A DNA stretch of 61,307 bases, the filler included, from Asterionella formosa (lineage: Eukaryota): NCBI GenBank assembly GCA_002256025.1. It is 18 parts of 18 records of this genome, joined end to end, with 100 filler letters (N's around TTAATTAATTAA, not from the genome) between each part and the next. Parts side by side here need not be neighbours in the genome. Positions count along the whole stretch, not along the records: positions 23,914 to 27,227 come from NKIB01014249.1; positions 27,328 to 30,638 come from NKIB01014250.1; positions 30,739 to 34,049 come from NKIB01014251.1; positions 34,150 to 37,458 come from NKIB01014252.1; 14 more parts are not named here. One strand, given 5' to 3'. The translations under genes and the position numbers were made by a program. Of the stretch, positions 25,536-37,558 are shown in pieces. The notes beneath the pieces were generated by a model. That model had not been told where the DNA came from and searched no databases. It worked only from the letters and a program-made list of their open reading frames with translations. The first letter of the stretch is position 1; each line of letters begins with the position of its first letter.

Positions 25536-27227
25536 ATGAACTTATTCTTGATTGTAGTGTCCACCATACTCCTCCTTCCTAATTTCACTGGAGCGGGTAC
25601 TGCGGACCTGGAATTGCTCATTGACAAGATGGAGAATGATGTACTTGAGCTCGCCGAACAAGTCGAAGAAGCCTTTCAAGATCGATGCACCACCGCTCTT
25701 AATGACTGCAGCTACAACAACTACGATAGTTGCGTTTCCCAGTTTCTAAGCCCAACATGCTATAAAAGCGATGAACTAGTAACGACTTGCAGCTCGGGTC
25801 CCAGTGACAGCTGTGCTGCCTTGTTTGACTTCAACTCTTCAAATGTGATCTTGCCCAGCGAGATTGCCGACGGCAAAGACGGCAACCCAACGAATCCACA
25901 GGTAAAGCACATGTGTTCTTTGGCTGCTAGTAGAACAGTTTCGTTTGATGTCGAAGCAGGAGTGTACTAACCTATTGGTGATTGTCCCCCTCTTTCGTAC
26001 TATATAGGTGATTGAGAGTGTATGTTACACCAGACAACTTGATAGCTTCTTTAGTCAGAAACGTCGTACTGATGCCGACTACTGGCGCTCCTTTGGAGTA
26101 GAGTCACCTCCCATGTTTTTCGGGTCACAAGAAGGAATGTTTCGTATCTTTCCTGGTCGTCACTTTGAGAATTGTGGTTCCTTTGACCCGCGAGTCCGAC
26201 CATGGTATATTGCAGCAAGCTCTGGTCCAAAAAACATTGTCTTAGTTCTTGATACATCAGGATCAATGAATTCCGGCCAAGGTCAGCGATTTGTACTTCT
26301 CAAGAAAGCAGCGATTCGGGTGATTCAGACATTAACAGTCGGCGATCGTGTTGCGATTGTTCCCTTTTCCTCGTCTTCACTCGTGATTGGCGACAGTGAA
26401 GGTCGCATGCTGACTGCGAATGCGGAAAACAAAGCAATTCTTGTTGACGCCATAAATGGTCTTGTGGCTGAAGGGAGTACCAACTTCTATGCCGCCCTTG
26501 GAAGTGCCTTTGACACTATGGATAAAACCATCGCGGCAGAGCTTCACAACAACTGCAACTCTGCCGTTCTTTTCCTGACCGATGGTGAAATGACAGATCC
26601 TCCAGGTGTGACAGAGCAGGATGTCATTGAGCTAGTTACAAACAGACTCAACGCAACCATGCAGTCCAGTGGTAAGCCCATCCTCTTTTTCACTTACAGC
26701 ATCGGCACTGCAAATGAAAATGTTCACAAATTCCCAAAGGAGCTTGCCTGCTCCACTGAATTGGGCGTTTGGTCCAAGATTGATGATGAGAGCAAGCTGT
26801 TCGAGAGTCTAACGTCCTACTATCGACTATTTGCCCTTGGACTTGGCAACAAGGGTGCTGTAGCTTGGGTGGAGCCTTACAACTTCGCCACTGGTGGCGT
26901 CGTTGGTACCACAGTGTCAGCACCTGTCTACGATCGTAATCATAATCCTCCTCTTTTCTTGGGTGTGGTTGGCATGAATTTTCCTTTGAATGCTATCAAT
27001 AAGGCTTTGGGCTCTGAAGCCGGGAATCAACAAGCCGCCATCGATCGAATTGTGAAAGCTTCGACTGCCAATTGCCCTTCGTTGAACCTGACTCTTTGTG
27101 AACTGGAATCATTTCGTCGTCTCAGCTCTGCTGGTGATGAAGCGATTTGTGATCTAAGCGCTTGCAACGCTAGTGACTTTGTTCAAGTTGAGGCCACCAA
27201 ATGCCCTTCGGTTTCTGATTATCCACA
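25536..27227 (+). CDS. VWA and Cache domain protein (alpha2delta/CACHD1-like), paralog of 10260-12506, 3' partial
   Basis: ATG at 25536 with a signal peptide. Intron 25902-26007 sits at the same position as in the paralog (NPQ|VIES). FDPRVRPWY, MIDAS DTSGS and FLTDG are present. Confidence 0.9.
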
Positions 27228-27327
27228 NNNNNNNNNNNNNNNNNNNNNNNNNNNNNNNNNNNNNNNNNNNNTTAATTAATTAANNNNNNNNNNNNNNNNN
27301 NNNNNNNNNNNNNNNNNNNNNNNNNNN

Positions 27328-30300
27328 TGACACCAGTTACCTCCTGGGCATGCAATGACGTGTGGCACCGAATCCAGGTCAATGTTTAGTGATATATTTG
27401 TTTGGTTTCACCTCCCATGTATTCGAGGGGACTGAACGAATATTGCAGTGCAGTGTGGGCGCATGGGTGCTCGTACCATGTCATATGGTACAGTGTACTC
27501 GAATAAATACGCTAGTGTGGTCAGCAGAACAACTTACATGGTGCACAAGGAAAGAAAGATAAAGGTTGAAAAGATAGACTTAAAGATACATATACCTACT
27601 CCGCATTCTCTGCTCCAAGCTTGCACGCTGTACTATCGCGAAAGCACTCTAACGGCTAGTTAGTACCCTGAACTGTATGACACGGTACGCTCACCCACGC
27701 GCCCATACTGCACTGCAATATTCGTTCAGTCCCCTCGAATACATGGGAGGTGAAACCAAACAAATATATCACTAAACATTGACCTGGATTCGGTGCCACA
27801 CGTCATTGCATGCCCAGGAGGTAACTGGTGTCATAGGTTGTGACATCGCGATGAACCTTGGCTTCAATCTTCGACCCACTGTGATCCAACAGCCATCAAT
27901 ACATGAACTTGTCGCACAAATACTCTCGTGTAATTTGGGGTAATGGCTTCGTCAGCACATCAGCCAAATTAGTCTTTCTATCTTCCTTCGTTACCCGAAT
28001 CATCCCTGCCGCCACAGCTTCTCTCGCTCTGTGATACACTATCGCATTATGTTTCTTTTTCAAAGTCGATTCTGGATGAATCGTGTTCTTCGTCACCGCC
28101 TCGTTGTCGCAGAAAACGTTAGTTGGTCCATCGATTGGGATTCCAAACATTCTCAGCTTATACCTCAATGCCTCGATCAGTTCGACCGAGATCTTCAAAG
28201 CCACAAATTCGCTACCAAATGTCGATGTCTCGACAGTGTTCTGTCGCTTACTGTACCATATAATTGGAGCCCGATTCACAAAAATCAGTATCCCGGTCTG
28301 CGAGCGCCTCGTCACCCGATTCCCCGCATGATCCGCATTCACAAAACAGTGAGTAGTTACAACATTACCTCTGGGCTTGGGTGCGTCCCCTGGAATAGAC
28401 TCCTGCGCTCCCCTGTAAAAGTCGTGCCAATCGCATTTAACAAACCTGGACTCGTTTATATTGGGTTGTATCGGATCAAAGATCAATGTCCTCTTGGGTT
28501 TCGCTTTCAAATATCCGAACATGTGATATACCTGTTGTAAGTGTCCGCTCCTCGGCAACGCTAGGTGAGTAGATAACATAGAAACTTCCATAGCAATGTC
28601 TATTCGTCCAAGCTCCACTGCCCAGCGGAGCACGCCGATCAATTCCTGGTAGTATCTCACGCCTTCAATCTTGAGTTTGGCAGAAGTATCCAGCTCCGGT
28701 CTATAATTCCCCTGCAATGGGGTAGTGCACCTCGTTGGAAGCCGCTAACCCGACTCGTCGAGTTTGAGCTCTACGTTGGCGATGGCCGCCTTGACATACT
28801 GCTCAGAAGTCATGGCCCAACATTCAACTCCGCCGACTATTTTCTGCATTACCTGGGCTCCCAGGTAATTTTCCGGCTTCTCGACTTTATCGTCCTTCCA
28901 TTTGAAGGTCGACTGTATCCTCGCTAAAGGCTGCGCTGAAATGCAAAGAATGTCATCAACATATACAAGAATCATTTCGTGATACTCAAAACCATCCTGT
29001 TTTACCGCCGGTCGAATCCATACATCAGGGTCCCCTTTCGTGGGCAAGTAACCCAAATCATGGAGGGTTTATGCGAGATGCGCTCTGAATGCCGCACCGC
29101 TAGATTTGAGCCCATACAGCGCTTTCTTCACCACCATGGTAGCTCCCGCTTCCGACCCAAATTCCGGCCCTGCAATTATGTAAATTTTCTCTCTGCAATC
29201 TGCGGTTAGATAAGCGTTTTGAATATCGCAAGCAAGAAGTTGTAAGTCGTTCAATGAAGCAACCAATAAGGCAATGCGCACTGAGTCCCTCGACACAACT
29301 GACGAATACGTCAGGGCTGCGGGCGTTTCCGTCCGGCTGCCGTCAGCAACTAGTCTCGCCTTACGCCGAAAGTTTTCGCCCATTTTGATGTCGAACACGA
29401 AATGACACCTTATCTTTTGGTACCCTGGCGGAAGGTCTCCCTCTCGCTTTTCCCACTTTTCAAATGCCGGTCGCACGTTTTTCATTTCCTTGCAGATGGC
29501 GTCCCACCATAATGTGTTGCCATTGGCTTTATCAATCGCTAACGCCTCTTCGACGGACTTCGGTATCCGTATACCGTATTTGTGAGTTCGCTGCCAATAC
29601 TTAGACTTTACCTTCGCTAGGACTCGGTCCTGTTTCTTTAGAAGAGTCGGCACCCACCATGCAAACGCCGCCTCGTCATCAATACGATTAGCAATTGAGT
29701 ACTCCGCCACCTGTATGGGGTACGATTGCTTCATATCCTTAAGTGCAACCCAAGTGGTACTCTCATCCCTCCATTAGCACAGGAGTTGCCACCCTTGAGT
29801 CGTCTGTCTCCGCCGCTTGACACCGGTAGACATTGTGATGAACGCGTCCTCTTTGTCAAGTGCCGTCGCATTCCGCCTATGATCGATAATGTCGTCGAGA
29901 AGTACGTGTCGTTCGCCCTCCTCGTCTATCTGTGAAAACAAATTCTGAGCAATAAGGTCAGAGGACAATGCCTCTGAGTGTCCGTCAAGGAACTCGACCT
30001 CATACTCTCTGGTGTCAAGCAAAGGATTTTCGTGAGCCTTGCCGATAGGTCTACCATCGGCGTCGCGCAATCTCTTGGTGACTCTGCCAAATTGAACACC
30101 GTCGTTGTCATCTCCAGCGCCCCTCGCTATCGCTATCGCTATCTCTTTGTTGAGGTATGTATCCTCGAAAATATCGGGCGTGAAAGTGTCATCGGCATCT
30201 GGTATTTGGTGATCGCTCACAACAATTTTTATCTCTTCGCCGAATACTGAATCGTCCTGCAGATCCGAGTATTCCTCCCAATCCTGCAATTGTTGCTCCT

Positions 30301-30638
30301 CCTCGTCGCCTGCATTTTGGTGGTTGTCGTCACGCATGATTTCCTTTATCCTCTCATTGTACTCCTTGCATCTGTCGTTGACCTCGCTAGTTGTCAGTTC
30401 AAGGTGATTGATATGCTGCACTGTAGTGCGTGAGATAACGCGACAAGCAATGGTTAGAATCCAATACGACATTAGGTTACCGACTCGGTGAGACACAACA
30501 AGCCAGCGCTTGAACATGTTTTCGCCAACCCCTGCATTATCCTTGTACCACACCCAATCGTAGAACCCGAAATCCAAGTATTCGGATATGTTGGGTGTCG
30601 CGCCTGTGATCTGCTCTATAGGAGTCCGACCTTCCAGC
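27328..30638 (-). mobile_element. CoDi-type Ty1/Copia 3' half (IN C-terminus, RT, RNase H, PPT, LTR) with inverted 3' end, copy 1
   Basis: IN tail TPNISEYLDFGFYDW; RT motifs RKARLVA, DIQNAYL, KALYGLK and YVDD; RNase H STFGSEF and NLADVLTK. One reading frame with three internal stops and no frameshift. Inverted repeat arms at 27328-27485 and 27676-27833. Confidence 0.95.
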
Positions 30639-31115
30639 NNNNNNNNNNNNNNNNNNNNNNNNNNNNNNNNNNNNNNNNNNNNTTAATTAATTAANNNNNN
30701 NNNNNNNNNNNNNNNNNNNNNNNNNNNNNNNNNNNNNNTAACTAGAAGTAGTAGTATTTGTTGAATATATGAGCTTATTTGTTAATCCTTGTGTGTAACT
30801 CGTTCTCCAAGTCGACACCAAAGTATACAATGAGGGTTAGTCGAGTTCTCTCATTATTGAGTTCTTATACATACATGATATAACACTAACCCTATATACA
30901 TCTGTATTGATGCGCAAGATCGCTCACCTGGTACCAGGGTACGAGGTACCGTGTATGTTGAACGAGTCTTCACTTTCATCCTCCATCCCAATAATTAAAA
31001 CGGTGTGATCATACGAATATATTGATCAAGAATCTATTTTAAAGCAAACGGAGAAAGGTCTAAGTTCTTTCATTAAAACCAAAGGGTATCCCCCTATTTA
31101 GTAAAGGCATAGAGC

Positions 31116-32120
31116 ATGTCCTCCATACCCTCTTCCCTTCTTGATATGCCAGGGTCCAATGCCAGAAGCAGAAATGACAGCAACAGCATTCAACTGCAGC
31201 AAGAGAAACAACAGCAACAGATTCACGCGCTCGTCCCTTCCAGCATGATTTGTATTACAGGTGTCATGTTCATTGAAGGGACTCTCAAAGTGCCTCGTCG
31301 TACTGCTGAAGGATCCATGCTGACCTGCTCACTTCACTACCGCATCTTTCGGGCACGGCAATTGAAAATGCAGCCTCCACCACTTGTGGTTGTTCACGGA
31401 GGCCCCTCCATACCGTCCAACTACTTATTGTCCCTGGTCAATGTCATTACTGATCGAGCTGTCATTTTCTACGATCAAGTCGGTTGTGGGAAGAGCAGCA
31501 GACCTGCCGAAAGAGAATGCTATAGTATGGATTACTCAGTCAGCGATTTGAATGCCTTGATCCAGCATTTGAAATTACTCAAGTACCACTTGTTCGGGCA
31601 TTCCTTCGGTGGGTTGGTTACATTCGAGTACATCAAGAGCTTGATAAGAGACGAACAAACCATATCTTCTTGCTGTTCCATGATACTTTCAAGCACTCCA
31701 ACATCAACTCGACTAGCACAAGATGAATCCAAGTACTGTATGGACCAATTACGTGACACGTATCCAGACTATACTCCTTCCATGCTTCAAGAATTGTATC
31801 ATCAACAGAATGAATGTCGCATTGTACCCCCTCCGTTGGCATTGACGGATGCGTATGCGCAAGCTGGTAACGTGTGGAGAGGGATGGATGCTATACCTGA
31901 TTACGAGGCACAAGCAACAATAACTACTTCGAAACTACCACCAACATTGATCCTTCGAGGACAATATGATTTCATTTCAGAACGTTGCATTGAAGAATGG
32001 AGTACCATAATTCCATCCTCGCATCAAGTGACGTTGGCTGGGTGTTCCCATCATGGACTATTGGAAAATGAAGCCATGTATGGAGCCGCAATAGGTGGGT
32101 TTATAGAAGACTGCGATTGA
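31116..32120 (+). CDS. Proline iminopeptidase-like alpha/beta hydrolase (S33)
   Basis: HGGP, YDQVGCGKS, the nucleophile motif GHSFGG, GQYD and the C-terminal His in GCSHH. Confidence 0.85.
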   Translation: MSSIPSSLLDMPGSNARSRNDSNSIQLQQEKQQQQIHALVPSSMICITGVMFIEGTLKVPRRTAEGSMLTCSLHYRIFRARQLKMQPPPLVVVHGGPSIPSNYLLSLVNVITDRAVIFYDQVGCGKSSRPAERECYSMDYSVSDLNALIQHLKLLKYHLFGHSFGGLVTFEYIKSLIRDEQTISSCCSMILSSTPTSTRLAQDESKYCMDQLRDTYPDYTPSMLQELYHQQNECRIVPPPLALTDAYAQAGNVWRGMDAIPDYEAQATITTSKLPPTLILRGQYDFISERCIEEWSTIIPSSHQVTLAGCSHHGLLENEAMYGAAIGGFIEDCD

Positions 32121-32275
32121 TTGAATGAACGAAACAAGGGTGCCTGTGGTCACGGGGCAGCGAAGAAGTTGAAAATGATGTCTTGCACCTACTTACGTTT
32201 TTGACAACAGGTAGTGTACCCTTAAGTTAACAGCTACCCACGGGCATTTTTTTCTTTCGAGCTTCGATTTGCAGG

Positions 32276-33829
32276 TTAATCTAGTCGAATCTTGGACTTT
32301 CCAAATTTCCACACTGTGGGGTTTGCTTTCGAGGTTGACCCACCATTCGTGAACGATGAAGTCAGTTGATCTGTCAAGGAGTCTTCATGTTGTTGAAGGT
32401 GACTTAATTTCTGATAGGCACTTTGCTTCGCATTGCTCGATACAAGTGATGCCAATAATAACAAGGATATGGTTTGTAGCATGGCCCCCAACGCACTGAC
32501 AACTGGATGTCGCAAATAATAGGGTACAAGCATTCCACATACCCACGTCACGACTGGCAAGGATTGAAACCACAACGTCCCAACCATGGCAAATCTTGTA
32601 TAGAATGCTCGCAGTGAGGCAGGACAAGCATTGGACGTTTGCTTTGTGGCAGCTATGAATATGAGTCCCAACATCATTCGAAAGGACATTAATAATTTCC
32701 CGGGCAGGTGCTCTAAATCATGATATGAATCAAAATCATCATTGTATGTCCGACCCCACTGTGCCAATATTGCATGAAGTGCTATAATAGACATTGCCAG
32801 CCATCCCGCGGATGACATGACGACCACACTTCCGGCCGGATTGCGTAATCCACCAATGAGCGTTTGTACGAAGGAAGCATTTTGCGGAAAGGCTACAACA
32901 TCCGTCGGCAACGTCCATCCGGATGCAATGGATAATAATAAAATGGAAACCAAGGAATCACACATGGCCTCAAAGTGTGATGCCATGGCATCCAGAAAGT
33001 ACCACCCATAGCCATTGCGCTCGTACCAGGACAAGTGAATCAACTCACAAAGGCTGGAAGCCGCATCGAATGCAGAAGCTGCCATGACAAGAAAATTGGC
33101 CGCATGGACAGCTTTAGTATCCATGAGTGTCTTGGATATATACATGAGCATAAGTAGCGTGATCAATGAGGATACCACCAAAGTAGCGGTATGTAAGTTC
33201 GTTTGATTGATTTCATCTGCGGACAACTGAGTTAGCTTGATTCGCTTCGCGACACCGTTCGCCGACCCAGGGGACCTTCCTTGGTGGTTTCCACCAATGT
33301 CATTAAAAACTTGCACTTCATAATGAATTATCGGAATGCGGTTGTCATGATTGTACTGTTCGAGTGAGCAGTCATCTACAACCATGTACCAATAGTGTGG
33401 TCTTGATTCAGCCTCGGAATGCATTGGTGACAATATCGATGCCCTCCATTCTTCCTTGTTTTTTCCATCGCCGCCATTACTATTGGGGAAGCGAACGAAT
33501 TCAAAAGTCGTAGTCAACGCCTGTCTGGCAAGTGCAATCTTTTCCGCACACAGCTGAAGCTTCTGCCACTTCGCCCAATCCGTATCCATGTACAAGTGAA
33601 CTCGCAGCGATGACTCATCTTCGTACATGGCAGGACTTGTCAACGACATATTCATCCACCCCCGGGCATACGCGGAAAGAGCAAACTTGGCCAATACATG
33701 CTCGGTATGATCACCTGAGAGCTTGAAGCTACCAGAAACTTGTCGGGCCTCGACTGGTCGATGTACTAGTAGCAGCAGTAGTAGCGAGACATGGAAGACT
33801 GTCGACAGAAGGAACGAAAGGATTTTCAT
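32276..33829 (-). CDS. GPR180/TMEM145-like seven-TM protein
   Basis: Probable ATG at 33829 (MKILSFLL, signal peptide); the upstream part of the tracked ORF runs through LTR DNA. Luminal domain with HYWYMVVDDC, then about 7 hydrophobic helices including YHDLEHLPG. Confidence 0.78.
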   Translation of the reverse strand: MKILSFLLSTVFHVSLLLLLLVHRPVEARQVSGSFKLSGDHTEHVLAKFALSAYARGWMNMSLTSPAMYEDESSLRVHLYMDTDWAKWQKLQLCAEKIALARQALTTTFEFVRFPNSNGGDGKNKEEWRASILSPMHSEAESRPHYWYMVVDDCSLEQYNHDNRIPIIHYEVQVFNDIGGNHQGRSPGSANGVAKRIKLTQLSADEINQTNLHTATLVVSSLITLLMLMYISKTLMDTKAVHAANFLVMAASAFDAASSLCELIHLSWYERNGYGWYFLDAMASHFEAMCDSLVSILLLSIASGWTLPTDVVAFPQNASFVQTLIGGLRNPAGSVVVMSSAGWLAMSIIALHAILAQWGRTYNDDFDSYHDLEHLPGKLLMSFRMMLGLIFIAATKQTSNACPASLRAFYTRFAMVGTLWFQSLPVVTWVCGMLVPYYLRHPVVSALGAMLQTISLLLLASLVSSNAKQSAYQKLSHLQQHEDSLTDQLTSSFTNGGSTSKANPTVWKFGKSKIRLD

Positions 33830-33854
33830 GGCTTGGAGTGGTATGTTGTGCATG

Positions 33855-34049
33855 TGTTGGAGAAAATATTTTAGGAAAGAAAAATCCCGGAATGAATTAC
33901 CGTATACTTCATTGTCCTGGACCCCCCCTATGGTTGCTGGACCCCCCTGTACATTTTTCTCGAGGTGGAACCAAACACCCAATAATTTTCTTGTCATAGA
34001 CAAAGTAACGTGCCATAATTCTTTTTGTCCTCGTAGGCACTAGTATGTA
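33855..34049 (+). mobile_element. Copia LTR fragment
   Basis: TGTTGGAGAAAATATTTTAGGAAAGAAAAATCCCGG closely matches the LTR start at 24746. Confidence 0.7.
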
Positions 34050-34149
34050 NNNNNNNNNNNNNNNNNNNNNNNNNNNNNNNNNNNNNNNNNNNNTTAATTA
34101 ATTAANNNNNNNNNNNNNNNNNNNNNNNNNNNNNNNNNNNNNNNNNNNN

Positions 34150-37100
34150 GCTGGAAGGTCGGACTCCTATAGAGCAGATCACAGGCGCGACACCCAACAT
34201 ATCCGAATACTTGGATTTCGGGTTCTACGATTGGGTGTGGTACAAGGATAATGCAGGGGTTGGCGAAAACATGTTCGGGTGCTGGCTTGGTGTGTCTCAC
34301 CGAGTCGGTAACCTAATGTCGTATTGGATTCTAACCATTGCTTGTCGCGTTATCTCACGCACTACAGTGCAGCGTATCACTCACCTTGAACTGACAACTA
34401 GCGAGGTCAACGACAGATGCAAGGAGTACAATGAGAGGATAAAGGAAATAATGCGTGAAGACAACCACCAAAATGCAGGCGACAAGGAGGAGCGACAATT
34501 GCAGGATTGGGATGAATACTCGGATCTGCAGGACAACTCAGTATTCGGCGAAGAGATAAACAATGTTGTTTAATCACCAAATACCAGATGCCGATGACAC
34601 TTTCACGCCCGATATTTTCGAGGATACATACCTCAACAAAGAGATAGCGATAGCGATAGCGAGGGGCGCTGGAGATGACAACGACGGTGTTCAATTTGGC
34701 AGAGTCACCAAGAGATTGCGCGACGCCGATGGTAGACCTATCGGCAAGGCTCACGAAAATCCTTTGCTTGACACCAGAGAGTATGAGGTCGAGTTCCTTG
34801 ACGGACACTCAGAGGCATTGTCCTCTGACCTTATTGCTCAGAATTTGTTTTCACAGATAGACGAGGAGGGCGAACGACACGTACTTCTCGACGACATTAT
34901 CGATCATAGGCGGAATGCGACGGCACTTGACAAAGAGGACGCGTTCATCACAATGTCTACCGGTGTCAAGCGGCGGAGACAGACGACTCAAGGGTGGCAA
35001 CTCCTGTGCTAATGGAGGGATGAGAGTACCACTTGGGTTGCACTTAAGGATATGAAGCAATCGTACCCCATACAGGGGGCGGAGTACTCAATTGCTAATC
35101 GTATTGATGACGAGGCGGCGTTTGCATGGTGGGTGCCGACTCTTCTAAAGAAACAGGACCGAGTCCTAGCGAAGGTAAAGTCTAAGTATTGGCAGCGAAC
35201 TCACAAATACGGTATACGGATACCGAAGTCCGTCGAAGAGGCGTTAGCGATTGATAAAGCCAATGGCAACACATTATGGTGGGACGCCATCTGCAAGGAA
35301 ATGAAAAACGTGCGACCGGCATTTGAAAAGTGGGAAAAGCGAGAGGGAGACCTTCCGCCAGGGTACCAAAAGATAAGGTGTCATTTCGTGTTCGACATCA
35401 AAATGGGCGAAAACTTTCGGCGTAAGGCGAGACTAGTTGCTGACGGCAGCCGGACGGAAACGCCCGCAGCCCTGACGTATTCGTCAGTTGTGTCGAGGGA
35501 CTCAGTGCGCATTGCCTTATTGGTTGCTTCATTGAACGACTTACAACTTCTTGCTTGCGATATTCAAAACGCTTATCTAACCGCAGATTGCAGAGAGAAA
35601 ATTTACATAATTGCAGGGCCGGAATTTGGGTCGGAAGCGGGAGCTACCATGGTGGTGAAGAAAGCGCTGTATGGGCTCAAATCTAGCGGTGCGGCATTCA
35701 GAGCGCATCTCGCATAAACCCTCCATGATTTGGGTTACTTGCCCACGAAAGGGGACCCTGATGTATGGATTCGACCGGCGGTAAAACAGGATGGTTTTGA
35801 GTATCACGAAATGATTCTTGTATATGTTGATGACATTCTTTGCATTTCAGCGCAGCCTTTAGCGAGGATACAGTCGACCTTCAAATGGAAGGACGATAAA
35901 GTCGAGAAGCCGGAAAATTACCTGGGAGCCCAGGTAATGCAGAAAATAGTCGGCGGAGTTGAATGTTGGGCCATGACTTCTGAGCAGTATGTCAAGGCGG
36001 CCATCGCCAACGTAGAGCTCAAACTCGACGAGTCGGGTTAGCGGCTTCCAACGAGGTGCACTACCCCATTGCAGGGGAATTATAGACCGGAGCTGGATAC
36101 TTCTGCCAAACTCAAGATTGAAGGCGTGAGATACTACCAGGAATTGATCGGCGTGCTCCGCTGGGCAGTGGAGCTTGGACGAATAGACATTGCTATGGAA
36201 GTTTCTATGTTATCTACTCACCTAGCGTTGCCGAGGAGCGGACACTTACAACAGGTATATCACATGTTCGGATATTTGAAAGCGAAACCCAAGAGGACAT
36301 TGATCTTTGATCCGATACAACCCAATATAAACGAGTCCAGGTTTGTTAAATGCGATTGGCACGACTTTTACAGGGGAGCGCAGGAGTCTATTCCAGGGGA
36401 CGCACCCAAGCCCAGAGGTAATGTTGTAACTACTCACTGTTTTGTGAATGCGGATCATGCGGGGAATCGGGTGACGAGGCGCTCGCAGACCGGGATACTG
36501 ATTTTTGTGAATCGGGCTCCAATTATATGGTACAGTAAGCGACAGAACACTGTCGAGACATCGACATTTGGTAGCGAATTTGTGGCTTTGAAGATCTCGG
36601 TCGAACTGATCGAGGCATTGAGGTATAAGCTGAGAATGTTTGGAATCCCAATCGATGGACCAACTAACGTTTTCTGCGACAACGAGGCGGTGACGAAGAA
36701 CACGATTCATCCAGAATCGACTTTGAAAAAGAAACATAATGCGATAGTGTATCACAGAGCGAGAGAAGCTGTGGCGGCAGGGATGATTCGGGTAACGAAG
36801 GAAGATAGAAAGACTAATTTGGCTGATGTGCTGACGAAGCCATTACCCCAAATTACACGAGAGTATTTGTGCGACAAGTTCATGTATTGATGGCTGTTGG
36901 ATCACAGTGGGTCGAAGATTGAAGCCAAGGTTCATCGCGATGTCACAACCTATGACACCAGTTACCTCCTGGGCATGCAATGACGTGTGGCACCGAATCC
37001 AGGTCAATGTTTAGTGATATATTTGTTTGGTTTCACCTCCCATGTATTCGAGGGGACTGAACGAATATTGCAGTGCAGTATGGGCGCGTGGGTGAGCGTA

Positions 37101-37458
37101 CCGTGTCATACAGTTCAGGGTACTAACTAGCCGTTAGAGTGCTTTCGCGATAGTACAGCGTGCAAGCTTGGAGCAGAGAATGCGGAGTAGGTATATGTAT
37201 CTTTAAGTCTATCTTTTCAACCTTTATCTTTCTTTCCTTGTGCACCATGTAAGTTGTTCTGCTGACCACACTAGCGTATTTATTCGAGTACACTGTACCA
37301 TATGACATGGTACGAGCACCCATGCGCCCACACTGCACTGCAATATTCGTTCAGTCCCCTCGAATACATGGGAGGTGAAACCAAACAAATATATCACTAA
37401 ACATTGACCTGGATTCGGTGCCACACGTCATTGCATGCCCAGGAGGTAACTGGTGTCA
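34150..37458 (+). mobile_element. CoDi-type Copia 3' half with inverted 3' end, copy 2
   Basis: Same as copy 1 plus a 2-bp frameshift near 34570. Stops at 35010, 35715 and 36039, terminal TGA at 36888-36890, PPT-like GAGGGGAC, then TG at 37058. Confidence 0.95.
36953..37458. repeat. 158-bp inverted repeat (36953-37110 / 37301-37458) with a 190-bp loop
   Basis: The outer 127 bp are perfect; the inner 31 bp carry 5 mismatches. Each arm covers the 3'UTR, the PPT and the first 53 bp of the LTR. Confidence 0.95.
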
Positions 37459-37558
37459 NNNNNNNNNNNNNNNNNNNNNNNNNNNNNNNNNNNNNNNNNN
37501 NNTTAATTAATTAANNNNNNNNNNNNNNNNNNNNNNNNNNNNNNNNNNNNNNNNNNNN

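Noticed and set aside
27328..27833. DIRS-type inverted LTRs or Penelope pseudo-LTRs
   Set aside because: The domain order IN-RT-RH and the motifs are Copia; no tyrosine recombinase or GIY-YIG endonuclease is seen.
28031..28540. 169-aa antisense ORF conserved in all four Copia copies, and 66/71-aa ORFs in the hairpin
   Set aside because: They are shadow frames; the conservation merely reflects near-identical DNA.
33830..34003. N-terminal 58 aa of the tracked 575-aa ORF
   Set aside because: It begins at a non-ATG codon, lies mostly in LTR DNA and precedes a clear signal peptide.
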